From Spirogloea muscicola (taxonomy: Eukaryota): 64,000 bases of DNA. A program made the position numbers and the translations under genes. Every line of letters begins with the position of its first letter. Positions within the stretch are counted from its first letter, which is position 1. A model generated the notes under the pieces. It was not told the DNA's origin. It worked only from the letters and a program-made list of their open reading frames with translations, and did not search any database. Below are positions 26,497 to 38,599 of the stretch, piece after piece. Location: the NCBI GenBank assembly GCA_009602725.1, contig WELB01000005.1, forward strand, positions 643,109 to 707,108, in the 5' to 3' direction.

Positions 26497-28903
26497 ATGG
26501 CGGCTTCCCGGGCGAGCCTGGCGGGGCCTCTGGTCGTCCTCGTCATCATCCTCGCAGCATCTGGCAGCCCGGTGAGCCCACACCTCCTCGTGAACCCTCG
26601 GTGCAGCTTTGCAGCCCCTTCGTGGCAGAGCGTGGCGACTGCCTGTTGAGCGCACCCTGGCTGCATGTATGTCCGTGTTGCTGATGGAAATCTGTCTGCT
26701 CGCGTTGCCCTCTGCCTGCAGGCCCGAGCAGCTCAAGGAGGCAACAATGCAGACAGTATGTCTGGCTAATCTTAAGCCTTCTGTACGAAATGTGCACTAC
26801 AAGCAGAGTCCCGGGCTGGCAAGAGGTTTGCTTGCATTGGATGAAGATGGGACTTGCAGAGGCGGACCTAAAACATGCGATGAAAAGAGTCTGATGTGGA
26901 ACTCCTGGGGTACCTGCGCAGTGGAGCCAATGAGAGGATCGACCCGCCGCCAGCTGATTGCTAGCAACTCATCTGCAGTCTCGCATCATGGCGGTCGAGT
27001 GTTCAACAACCCCATATCAATCAATATCGTATGGTATGACATATTATCTGGATCTGATTGTGCTGTCATCCAGTGATGTCATGGCAGATGGCTTCTAGGG
27101 GCTTTACTGTACAGCTACTAGCATGTCAGCACTGCCCTGCTGACCCTGAAACGTTTGAGGATCTGCAGGTATGGCCCGGACTGGACGGCAGCCCAGAAAG
27201 TCATCATCCTTGACTTCTTCAGCTCCGTCTCCGCGCCTGCAAGTGCAGGAGATCCTCAGGTCCTATTCTTGTGAATGCACATCCACTTGTGCATACAAGC
27301 ATATATTTGTCCAGCTCAAGAAACTGGTCTCATCTCTCCACAGCGTCACTTTGTTGAAAAGATACTGACGGTACCTGCACCCATCCATGCTCACAGCAGT
27401 GTCATCAGGCACATGCAGGTGTTGATGCACTCCACCTGCTTGTCCCAGGTCAAAAGTTGGTGGAACATTGCTAGGCAATACTACAACAGCAAAGGCGCAT
27501 ATGTGACAGGGTTGGTCACGCAAGGCTGGCAGTACAATGACACCGGATCATCTGGACTCATAAATGTGGCTCCTCAGGTGATTATAGTCTGCCCCACGCG
27601 TCACTAGAAAGCCTTGGACAACAACTTCCAATGTGGTTGTTGGGCCTCCGCAAACCTTTCTCGACTGCTCTGTTTTGTGTAAGCTCACCTGTATTTAGGC
27701 CACACTAAGTCGAAGGGTGCATATATCTGCAAGCTTACGCTGTCCTGCCTTGATTATCTCCGGAATGTTCTGTGTCCAGACGATACTCACGAATGTTCTG
27801 AAAAGGCAAGGCATCAAGAATCCAGATATTTTTGCGTTACACCTCATCCTTACCAGCCGTAACGTGACCGTGAAGGACCCGCTAGCAGGCACCTTCTGCA
27901 AAGACGTGAGTGCTGGGTTCGTTGCTTCCTTCAGCCTCTTCACTGGCCAATGTTTGCATGTGAGCTGCACGACATCAATGTGTAATACAAGCAACAGTTG
28001 CTCGTCTGGCTACTAACTTGAGCCTTGTACTTGATACTGCAGTATTGCGCTTTCCACAGCAAGATGAATATCAATGGAAGCGATACTGTAAGCATCACAT
28101 CATGCTGATGTCGTGGCTAATTCGCACTGGCTTGAGTCGTTGTCCTTGCTTTATCAACTTATGTCCTGCCAAGAAGTTCGGCCAAATAAGGTCAATTCCT
28201 TCTTGACTGACGCGTCTGTGCTCGTGCTCCAGATTTTCTCCTTCGTAGGCAACGCTGATACGCAATGCCCAGGGTCAGTCTATTCCTTTCAAGCCCTGGC
28301 ATGCTGCAGTTGATGTGCGGATGTACGTACCACAGAATGAATACGCACAGAGGTAGTATGTGCAAGATCTGGTTCGTGAAGTAGCCGCTGACAATCTGCT
28401 CCGCCCTTATCATCACAGGCAGTGCTCTCAGGATTACACCAGCGCTCCTAGCCCCAACAGCGACAAGGGAGTGGATGCCATGATAAGCCTTCTTGGTGGT
28501 CAGCTGTCTGCCACTGCGTCAGACGCGGATATGAATGCGTGGTTCGACCAAAATGGCAAGGAAGGCAACGATCTTTGCCAGTACACGTATGGCAGCCTCT
28601 TGACGGCCAGCAATGGCGCATCCTACAACTTGAATGGCATCAACAACCGGTAAACCTGACTCCTCAAACGTGGATGGCGTTGTCAATGGACTAGGACACT
28701 TCCTGCTTGCAGCTAAGATTTCATATTGAAAACAATGTAGATGCTCACAGCACCTGCTAGCGGGGGCTAAGCAAGTAATTTGTCTGCTCAAAATGCTATT
28801 GTCAAAATCATTGACCTGGCCTTCATTGGCGATCACTTGCAGGAAGTTTGCTGTGCAGCAAATGTACAACCCCACCACTGCGCAGTGCGCATCAACAGCA
28901 TGA
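26497..28903 (+). CDS. EXORDIUM/PHI-1-like secreted protein, multi-exon
   Basis: Signal-peptide-like exon 1; HHGGRVF..PISINIVW/YGPDWTAAQKVIILDFF, VKSWWN..RQY, LILTS..VTV...FC, FVGN..TQCPG, SPNSDKGVDAMI, DLC, GASYNLNGINNR/KFAVQ motifs of the Phi_1 family. Confidence 0.88.
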
Positions 28904-29773
28904 TACTCCTGTTGCATATATAGGTCTCCAATGAGGACGGCCTTCTCTACCCTCAATCTGACATGCGGATGGACACTTGCAGCATAGCTTTCCTTGCCAT
29001 CTTCGCATATGCTGCACCAGCAGCATGCTGCCTTAGCAGCATGCTGCCTTGGTTGTCATGCGTAAACAGCCGGCGCGCAAGTGGTCAAGAACGGTAGAAG
29101 ATGGCACATCATGTTATGATTGATAAGTAGAACTGGGGCACTTAGAAGCTACACAGGAGTTGGCTTAGAACGCCCCCAGTAGCTTGCCCTGCCAGTCCAT
29201 TTGTAACATTGGACGTTGCAGTGTCAGTGCCTGTTGCTTGTTATGTGTTATCAATGAAGCAAGCCTGCAGGAATGTGATGGAGGTAGTGTAGCTGAATAC
29301 GGCAGAGTACTTGTATGCTTCTTATTGTGAGTAGTAGCATCTCACGCTGATATACCCTGAGAGCAGGTTGTGCATGTGCGGATGCCATTAAATTTGTGTC
29401 CAATGGGCGTTCTTCATACATTTGAAATGCTAAGATCTGGACTACACCTTGTAACATGTCCAACTTATGAGCAAGTACAACCTGAAGTTTGACTGTAAAT
29501 GTTACCATCATGAAAGGATTGTGCTCGCTGGGACTTCAGGCTGATGCTACATATTTACCTTGTGAATGTGAAGTACGGTATACAAGTTGAATAATGTCCA
29601 GTAAACAGTCGCTAGTATACGTGTGATTTACGTGCATCTGATTGATGTGCTTGCAGCTCTGACCTCGTCAAACTTATCATAAATAGCCGGTCCTTATTCA
29701 CCTCCTCACCTCACTACTACCTATCAAATCGGCTGCTCTGCAGAACTTCAAAGACGAACGTAAAGCGGGCCTA

Positions 29774-29816
29774 GCTTCTTCAACCTGCACACATTACACG
29801 TGCAGGTTGAAGAAGC
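29774..29816. repeat. Perfect 17-bp inverted repeat with 9-nt spacer
   Basis: GCTTCTTCAACCTGCAC-acattacac-GTGCAGGTTGAAGAAGC. Confidence 0.9.
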
Positions 29817-30342
29817 CAACTCAATAAAACATCCGTCTTTTATCAATGCACATGTCAGACAACATAACAATAACTCTCGCATATAAACCCTGCCGACTAA
29901 CTCAGCTCAATATGCTTAATAATCTGACAAGACGAAACGCACCAATTGACTCTCCCAATGCTGAGTATCTGATGCGCTTTTGGCTTGAAGACCTTTGTTG
30001 CGCATGATGGGCAGGTCACATGTCCTTTGCCGTTTGTGCCCTGAAGACTTGTGTAACCATGCGGGCTGTGCCAAGCGAAACATGACGTGTCCACAGTAAA
30101 GAGCACGGATATCTTGGTAAGACTGGTACATTGCAAATATAACGAGGAAATTGCTAACTGCAGCTTCAGCAATGCAGCACACATTCGTGTCTGAGGCCTA
30201 CTGACCGAATTGACAGACTCACAGCAGTGCCAGACGCATGCTGACATTGTAAATTGCTGTTGCTGTTGCCCGAACTTGACGTTCGTCTGGACCTGCTCTC
30301 CGCAATCAGTACCGATGCACTTTGTGACAAGTAACAATCATC

Positions 30343-32229
30343 TCAACCATGGTAATCTCTTGATACCTGAAAAGCAGCAGACAGCACACACCTGAGCTTG
30401 CCAAGCTCTTCTTGCTGCCTCCGTATGAGCATCTTCATCCTGCCATTTTCTGAGTCGTCTGCAGGGGCGCCAACATCACACAGATGCCTGGCAGCCATGT
30501 CAAGCTGTACGTGCTGTTTCAGGAAATTTACTTGCGCAGATATTACATGCAAGTACTTATGATGTGTGTCGAGCATCTCTGCCAACATACCACGTATTTT
30601 AGGCAACTCAAGGCGGAGCCCCAAAACATAGTCCTCAAGTTGGAACTTCTCCTCTGCGGCCGCGTCTACTTTCGTCCGCAACCTTCAAGAGGGTAATGTG
30701 CAGAGTGTCGAGCGGAGGGCGTTCGAGTAACAATGACACAGTCCCCAGTAGTTGGGCTGAGACACATGGCAAGGAACTTGTCACTGCAGGCCTTGCACCT
30801 GCTGAGCCGCGACGTTGTTGCCACCAAGTCTGCCTGCAGAGCTATGTGCTCATCATGAAGGCTGCTATCCCTCTCACTAAGCCGATCAATTGCTTCTTGT
30901 TCACCTGCAATTTGCATCTGCTAGAAGCTGCATCAAGCATTCCACGAACAAAAATGCTTCAATATAAAAGATTCAAGCACAGTGAATGGTCACAGTGATG
31001 ATCACAACATCATTTGGGCAGGTTCTTCTTACTTTTGATGGCCCCATGAAGCCTGACTTTGGTCATATCCTGCTCATCAACCACCGCTTGGAGCACCTTC
31101 CTATTGATGTCAATGTCCACTTTCAATTGGCTAATGTCTTTACAGACTGTTTGCCTCCTAGACGCAGCCTCAACCTTGGCCTGCTCTGTGCGACCTTCAT
31201 CGCATGAAATCAAAAACGTTCTGCAGTCCTCTGTAAAACCCTCCCTGTCAATGCCAAAGTGAAAGGCCGGTGCATCTGTAGGTGTTGAGCATGCTCTGAC
31301 GACATGTAACAGGCCATTTCACAGTGTTGTCCTCAATCGCAGACAGACAAGATCATCAATTATAGGCCCTAGAGGCGTCCACAAGTGCTCGGTGTCGTGC
31401 TTGTAGACATGGGCTGGTCAATTCAGTCCTTTCAGCTGATCCAGCAGAGAGAGGACATCAGCAACGTCAGGCATGTCATTCAAGGTTCGACATCAACACC
31501 ACCTCGCTGCTTCGAGCTGGGAGGCGACCAGTCGACCATCTTGGAAGGTCTCGTTGACCTCCTTCTGCTGCCGTGCCTTTTCTTTCACCAAGACATCTAC
31601 CACTCGACATTGCAACAAATGTCTTGTATCATGAACATGTCGGACAAGTACGTGCAACTTTTACGGCATTACAGCTCATAGCAGACGCTGTTGCATTGCC
31701 TGCATGCTTCTGCAGACGGCTGGCACTGGTTTCGGGCCCCACGGAGAAGTCACGAGCTTTCAATGAAATATATGGGATGATACACACGCTGTGCAGATTA
31801 TCGGCGGACTGATCACGTGCAGCTTGCCACGAGGAATCCGGCTCGGAGACCTGCCAGGGAGCGCAGCACGTCGGCCCGGCAGCGGCGCCCGCTGATCGCC
31901 GCCACACAGGCAGCCTCGTCAGCACGCAGGGCCTCGGCGGACCGGTCAGCCTGGGCGAGCTCTGTCTCGAGGCGCCGCGTGCAGGCGATCTGCCTGGCCA
32001 GCTCCTCGCCGACCTGCGCGCAGTGAGGGGGACCGGCCGATGACGAGCTGCGCGGCTCGGTGAGCACCGAGCCGACGGCATGCGAGCACTCGATCACTCG
32101 AGTGTGCCGGGCTAGCCCCTGGACGGCAGGCCGCGCCGGCCTGCAGAGGCAGAATGGCGGCGGCGCTGGCCTCACCCGGTCGGCCTCGCCCTTGAGCGCC
32201 GTCACCTGCGCCAGCAGGCTCGTGTCCAT
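30343..32229 (-). CDS. Uncharacterised coiled-coil protein, multi-exon (3' end uncertain)
   Basis: MDTSLLAQVTALKGEADR/VGEELARQIACTRRLETELAQ... and further heptad-like exons at about 31010-31200, 30800-30920 and 30390-30680 with GT/AG borders. Confidence 0.55.
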
Positions 32230-32499
32230 GCCCACCGGCGGCGGCCGCTGCGGCGTGAGGCAGGAGGCGACCGGCAGAACGCGGTGGAGGATGGGATACG
32301 AGCGGGTGGGCAACCAGCCAGGCGCGTTCACATGAAGCCTGCAGCGGCACCGGCTCCGGCGGACCCGCGCGCTGCCGGGCTGCCACGCGGCGGCCAAGGC
32401 GGCGCCCAGGCGCAACTCGGAGACGAGGTGAGCTCTTCCGAATTGGTCACTTTCCTACACGGTGCTTGCCCGTCGATCTGGTACAGCGCTCATGTGATT

Positions 32500-33890
32500 G
32501 CCCCTCTTCTCTATGGGCGCGCACTTCTCATGTGATACAGACCTGATGTTGCTCACTCGCGGGTACTGAGCTTCCATATGCATCGTCTATTCTTTTCGGG
32601 CTGGCTTCTCACAGCCCTTGCCCCCATTGGGAGAGCCACTTCTTCACAGCCCTTGCCCCCATTGGGAGAGCCACTTCTTCTTCATCGTCTCGTGTCAAGT
32701 TGTGCTGTGTATTTCCGGCACCTCTTCTTCTTCTTTTGGCTTTGGATATTGTCCATTCTTTTTCGGCTGGCTTGGTCAGCCTTTCTTCCTCTCTAAGGGC
32801 GCGCCTTTCTCTCCTTTGGGGCCCCTTCGGACCTTGTCAACTTGTTTTCGGGCTGGCTTTTCATCTCCCTTCAGCGGTCCATGACCCACGCCTTGCATCT
32901 GCATGCTGGCCGTGCTCTCGCTGCGGCCTCCGGCTTCCGTCAGGGGGACAGTTTTCCGGCAGCTAGTCTGTCGGATGTGAGGCTCCTCACTCGTAACTAC
33001 TGAGTGGTCCATCCTTCCCCGTTTTCACATAGCATCTTCGGGCACCTTCGTAGCTGCTTAGCGCTTTTTAGGCCCTCCATCATTTGGCCCCTTCGAACCT
33101 TTGTCAGTTCTTTTCCGGGCTGGCTTTTCACAGCCCTTGCCCCCATTGGGAGTGCCACTTCTTCTTGCTTTTTCACAACAACGGCGCGTTCAGATTGAGA
33201 GCAGTGGCTGTGAGAGGCCAGCCCAAAGGACAGCCCTCGCCCCTTGGAATGAGCTCACTTTCTTCCGGACGAGGGCGAGGGCTGGAGAAACAACCAACAA
33301 CGCAATGCAGGCGCCTGTCCGTCCCTCTCCACCCGTCCATGGCCTCCGCCCTTGCATCTGCAAGCTGGCCGTTACCTAGCTGCAGCCTCTGGCTCTCGTC
33401 AAGGGGACTGCTTCCCGGCGGCTAGTCTTCCTGGCTTGCGGCTGCTGACTAGCACTTTGGTGTTTCTAGAGTGATAGTCCTACTAACAAGGTCCGGAAGG
33501 GGCCAGAATATATTTAGCTCTGTCAGAAGACCTTAGGGGCAAGGGCGGTGAAATGCAGCCCAGAATGAATGGAACAGGCTAAAAGGGGCCGAAGGCGGAC
33601 AAGGCTGGAGAGGCCAGCCCGAAAACAGCGGAGAAGGTCCGAAGGAATGGCTCGCCCATAGAGAAGAGGGGCTGGCTAAGCCAGCCTAAGGTCCGAAGGC
33701 GACGGAAAGCCACAGCTATGCAAGGACCACGAGGGATGGTCACTAAGCATTCCCTGGTTACTTGGAGAACTTTCTCCGGATGGGGCGATGGCTGTCAAAG
33801 AAGTAGCCTTTCTTCTTTCACAGCCATCGCCCCCTCTTCAGAAGCTATTAGTCTTCCACATTGGGCGATGGCTGTGAAAAAGTAAGGAGA
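32500..33890. mobile_element. Cluster of CRE C-terminal fragments and 3'-UTR modules
   Basis: DLMLLTRGY* near 32540, family-C SLSDVRLLTRNY* plus UTR at 32865-33165, and further hairpin modules in both orientations to about 33880. Confidence 0.8.
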
Positions 33891-34399
33891 AGCAGCTCTT
33901 TCAGAAGAATATAACTTGTAATGAGTGACAGAGGGACTAAGTGGCCAAGTACAAAGACAAGCACACTACAGATGTACATCGCCTGCTGCTTTGCCGACCC
34001 GCTCAATAAGTACGGGTCAGCAAGCAGAGGTTGCTACTCGATGTCCGAATACCAAACGGCTATTCCATGCCCTCCTGCCACCAATATAAGCCTGACCAGC
34101 AAAGCATGAGTCTGAGCTCGCTGCAAATCGGCTGATACACGAATCCGCAAGAACGACGGAAACACTTTGCAAGGACGATGAAGATGCTGCCGACAAGCGC
34201 ATCTCAGCAGGAAGCACATCCTCACGTCGTCTATGATCTTAAGAATGCAACAGCAAGTTCAGTCTTCACTCACAGTGGATGGTGAGTACGTCGTGATAAA
34301 GTAACAGGCGGTCACACAAAGTGCAAGTCATGAGCATAAGAGCCACAACATTCACAGTCTCGTGAAAAGGAGCAGAGGGGTTTCCAACAAGGACCCACT

Positions 34400-36260
34400 T
34401 GTCATGCCCTCCGCTAGTGTCGCTTCCCCTGCAACCTGTCCATGTTTCTCCAGAACGTCACATTATACGAGCGAGATTGAGTACCACAAAGGAAAGGCGG
34501 CATGCTGATTTGATGGCCGTTTGAAGGGGGCTGTGCCTACCTCAAAGCCACTGGTGTAATATAGCGCTTGGGCTGCTTCATTGGTAGCATTAACATGTAC
34601 GTACAAATCCACCAAGCCTGCAGACCACCCGCAGTAAGGATAGAAGAACCTTGGGAGCAGCCTGGCTGGCAACTTTTACAAACGAGACGCTGCGGCCAGG
34701 CTCTCACCCCATTCAGCTGCTGCTTCAAGGGCCACCTGCACCATGCTATAAGCCACCCCTTTTCTCCGAGCATGCTGCGCCACACACAGATTTGCAATGT
34801 AACCGCACTTCCTTCGCTGCCTTGGGGCGGCATTGATGGCACTGAGGCCCAGCTTCCTTGGCGCCTATACAAAGTGCAACAGTTGTGGTTATGCTTTGGG
34901 TCAACATCCTTCGTTGCTTGTTTGAAGTGGCATGTCAGTCCCATCAGCAGTTCCAGGGACCACTGCAAGGAATCTGAATTAAAAGAAAGACAATAATAGA
35001 AGGTCAAGGAAGTGCAATGGCAGTGCAACAGCTAGTGAAGGCAAGAGTAACAGAAAGATGCCCTGCGCATGCAAGAGAGACCCTATGGTACACTCACCCC
35101 ACACAACATCTCTCCTGGCGATAATTGCCTGATGCTCACATCGAGCGTCCCAAGCATCCTCTCAAGTATGCTGCTTTGAGTTCCTTGCTCATTCACGAGG
35201 GGCACTGCCATCTGCGCAATCTCCAGATTGCCTTTCGACAGAAGTCGAATCAGGAATTATCAGGCACCTGCTACTTCTGTCGTGCATCCGCCAATATTCC
35301 ATTATCTGCGAATTGTCGATGCATTGGGACTGCAGTTGCGGGGGCCATTCGGAGATACTATGAGATAACCAGAGTACGTGGATAAGGAAAGAGTACCGCA
35401 ATGAAGCATGTACTCTTCAGAAAGCGAGCATGCGTTCCATTTGTTCTGAGTTTCAGGGCTCGAAATTCCTATTGCAGACAAGCCAAATTGCAGCAACCCA
35501 CTAAGCAATCATCACAGCTGGGCATATTGCGGTGATTCTGACGAAAAATTCACTGGAAATGGGTACGAGCCTTGAATACTCATCACACCTGCTCTGCAAA
35601 CTTCTTCTTATAGCTGTCCACATATCTGCAGCCAAGGGTAACTTTTTGATTTCAATGAGACTTTCACGTGATTTGCATGACTTGTGTTGGCCAACAACCA
35701 TAAGTGCGTGTCGCCTTGCAGACCTAAAGAGCATACTGTTAATCACTTGTCGACCTCGGCAAACGCTGCTGACGTGGAGTGCCCACTGCAACATGGAGTG
35801 ACAGACCTCAGGGCAAAGAGACCTCCAAGACTTGCAATGGGGTAGCTCTGCACTGACCTGACATAAGGCTGCTCCTCGCAGTATGTTTCGGCACGGAGCC
35901 AGGCTGCGGCCTGCATGGCAGGCAGCCTCCAAGCCGGAGAGTGAGGCTGAAGGCTGTGTGCCAAATCGACATCTCAGCTGACGACTCTTTCCTCACTGCT
36001 GCCGAGTGGCGACAGGCTGCCCGGCCGCTCACCCAGTAGTCCTCGTCTGAGCGCGCCTCTTGCAGCACGTAGCCGTCAAAGACCCGCCGCGCCTGCCGCC
36101 TCGTCTCCTGCTGCTGCGGGCCGTCGCTCAGCTCGGCCGCGAGCGCGTCGTCGCCGGCATCCGAAGCCGCCGCGGCGCCTCCCTGGCAGTCTCCACGCCC
36201 CGCCTGGGGCTCCCTCGCAGCCGGATGCGCAGCCAGCGCGCCGGCAGCGGCGGCGGCGGC
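34400..36260 (-). CDS. GNAT-family N-acetyltransferase, multi-exon; start lost in the N gap, end approximate
   Basis: Exon with YITNLCVAQHARRKGVAYSMVQVALEAAAEW (acetyl-CoA motif A, about 34710-34805) and GLVDLYVHVNATNEAAQALYYTSGFE; upstream exon GYVLQEARSDEDYW. Confidence 0.8.
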
Positions 36261-36359
36261 NNNNNNNNNNNNNNNNNNNNNNNNNNNNNNNNNNNNNNNN
36301 NNNNNNNNNNNNNNNNNNNNNNNNNNNNNNNNNNNNNNNNNNNNNNNNNNNNNNNNNNN

Positions 36360-36612
36360 AAAAAGAATGGACAATGTCCAAAGCCAAAGCAAGAGGAGCC
36401 GGAGAAAGGACTACACTACAACATACTGCAGAACACAGAAACGATGCAGAGGAAGGCTCAGTACCCACGAGTGAGCAACATCAGGTCTGAGTAGCTCGCT
36501 GCAGGGAAAGAGGCGCTCCGCCGAGACCCAGAGGCGGCGGCCATAGCACGGCCTGCGCGCGTATGGACGGCGTGGGCAAGGGAGCGTTCAAGCGATACGG
36601 CCAGGCGCATGC
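36360..36612 (-). mobile_element. CRE 3' end, family A
   Basis: RMRLAVSLERSLAHAVHTRAGRAMAAASG...SYSDLMLLTRGY* plus UTR running into the N gap. Confidence 0.85.
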
Positions 36613-36939
36613 GGAAGGAGAGGAAGAGGAAGGACGCTAGAAGGGAACCGAGCTTCGCGCCTGCGGGCCAACGAGTATGTGGCGGGCGATCACCAGCCAC
36701 GTGCTCTTTGCACCAATTGCAGGAGACGAGCAGCTTCTCCCCGCCCGACCAGCGCCTCGCTCATAACAGCGTTCGTTCTCTTATTGATCGCCCACTCGCC
36801 AAAAGAAACACCTCTAATAAAGAACGGCAATGGCCGTGAAAGCAAGAGAGAAAGAGAACGAGAGAAAGAGAGGCAGTCAATTCCAGTAGATCCTTGTCAA
36901 TTGATGTCGGGCTGGCTGTTCACAGCCCTCTCCCTCTTT

Positions 36940-38217
36940 GTATGCGGCTTTTGACTCCGGCATCCTGGCGTCCGCGGCCACCCTCGTGCAGCACCCTGCG
37001 TTCCTCACCTCACCAGCTGCGATGCTGCAGGGCTCGCCTGCCGACCAGCCGTGGCGGCTTGGGATGCCGCTCAGCCCGCGCCTGCGAGGCGGCCTACATG
37101 GGTCGCTGGGCTAAGGTGGCAGCCCCATGTGCCAAAGTTTCCTCGTTCACGGCCTGCGCGCCCTGGAGCCGGCGGCAGCTGAAGTGGAGATCGGTCAGCT
37201 GCCCTTTGTTGTTCTTCGTACTTCCCCTGGCCCCTTCTCGTCCTCTGTTCATTCTTTTCTGGGCTGGCTTTTTCCAGCCCCTATCCTCAATGGGCGAGCC
37301 CTTCCCCTTTCAGGTTGCCCTCCGCTCTGCCCGCGACGGGCTCCTGGCGGTCCACCCCAACATGTCGGAGCAGGCCGTCCCTTTCATTCACCTCGCCCAC
37401 ACCCCTGACCAGCGTGCCCAGGCACGCATCTCGGCGCTGGTTGAGAAAGCGGCCTCTGCCCAGGTGGTGGAGCTTCTCCCTCCGTCCGACCTTCGAAGGC
37501 GCGCCCGGCTGCTCTCAGCCTCCTCCCCTGCGCCTGGCCGTATCGCTTCAACGCTCCCTTGCCCACGCCGTCCACACGCGAGCAGGCCGTGCTATGGCCG
37601 CCGCCTCTGGGTCTGTGCTTCTTTCCCTGCAGCGAGCTACTCAGACCTGATGTTGCTCACTCGTGGGTACTGAGCTTCCCTCTGCATCGTCTATGTGTTC
37701 TGCAGCGTCTTGTAGTGTAGTCCTTTTTCCGGCTCCTCTTTCTTTGGCTTTGGACATTGTCCATGCTTTTTTGGGCTGGCTTTGCCAGCCCCTCTTTTCT
37801 ATGGGCGCGCACTTCTCCTTTGTTGCCTCCGGGTTCCGTTAGGGCGACGTCTTTCCGCCCTCTAGCTATCTCGACATCCACTGACTGACTAGAGGTTACT
37901 GAGAGCCTACTTGCTGACGGCTTAGCGATTTGTATCTTGCTTCTCGTGCCACCACGCCCTTTCAGACCTTGTCCATTCTTCTGGGCTGGCCTCTCACAGA
38001 TAATTTTCCGGCAGCTAGTCTGTCGGATTTGAGGCTCCTCACTCGTGACTATTGAGTGGTCCATCCTCCCCCGTTCTGACATAGCATCGTCATGCCCCTT
38101 AGTAGCTGCTTAGCGCTTTTTAGGCCCCTCCATCAATTGGCCCCGTCGAAGCCTTTGTCAACTCTTTTTCGGGCTGGCTTTTCACAGCCCTTGCCCCCAT
38201 TGGGAGTGCCACTTCTC
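36940..38217 (+). mobile_element. Chimeric CRE-type locus: post-RT fragment interrupted by a family-E module, then family A, B-like and C ends
   Basis: LPTSRGGLGCRS..AAYMGRWA and PFQVALRSA segments; insertion at 37210-37303; LTRGY* at 37673; further ends at about 37900 and 38010-38217. Confidence 0.8.
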
Positions 38218-38599
38218 TCACAGACACTGCTCTCAATGTAGACGCATTTTCTCGTTGTTGGGCTGGCCTTCGGGGTCAGCCTCTCACAACGGTCAACCGG
38301 CTTTAGCGAGAGAGCTCTTTCTTTTCCCGGCCTTTTGGTCTAGCCCAACACAGGGGTCACATTGCATAGCCCGCTGTCCAGTGCCAGCTCCACGCTGCTC
38401 GCGCCTCAACCCTGGGTTGCACTCATTTGCATTTTGAGGACGCGGCCTTTTCTGCGGTTCGCCTGTTGAGGTGGCTACTTTCTCCATTCAGAAATGCTAA
38501 CTTCCCCACAGTTTCAAAGTTTTGTTGTTCTTGTCTAGTAAATGTGCTACAACAGCCTGCCATCCTGGAACTTAGAACGCCGCCCTTCTCACTATGAAG

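Noticed and set aside
33781..33835. Strong hairpin GGGGCGATGGCTGT...ACAGCCATCGCCCC as a structured RNA gene
   Set aside because: Both arms match the CACAGCCATCGCCC part of CRE 3' modules, so it is explained by two inverted insertions.
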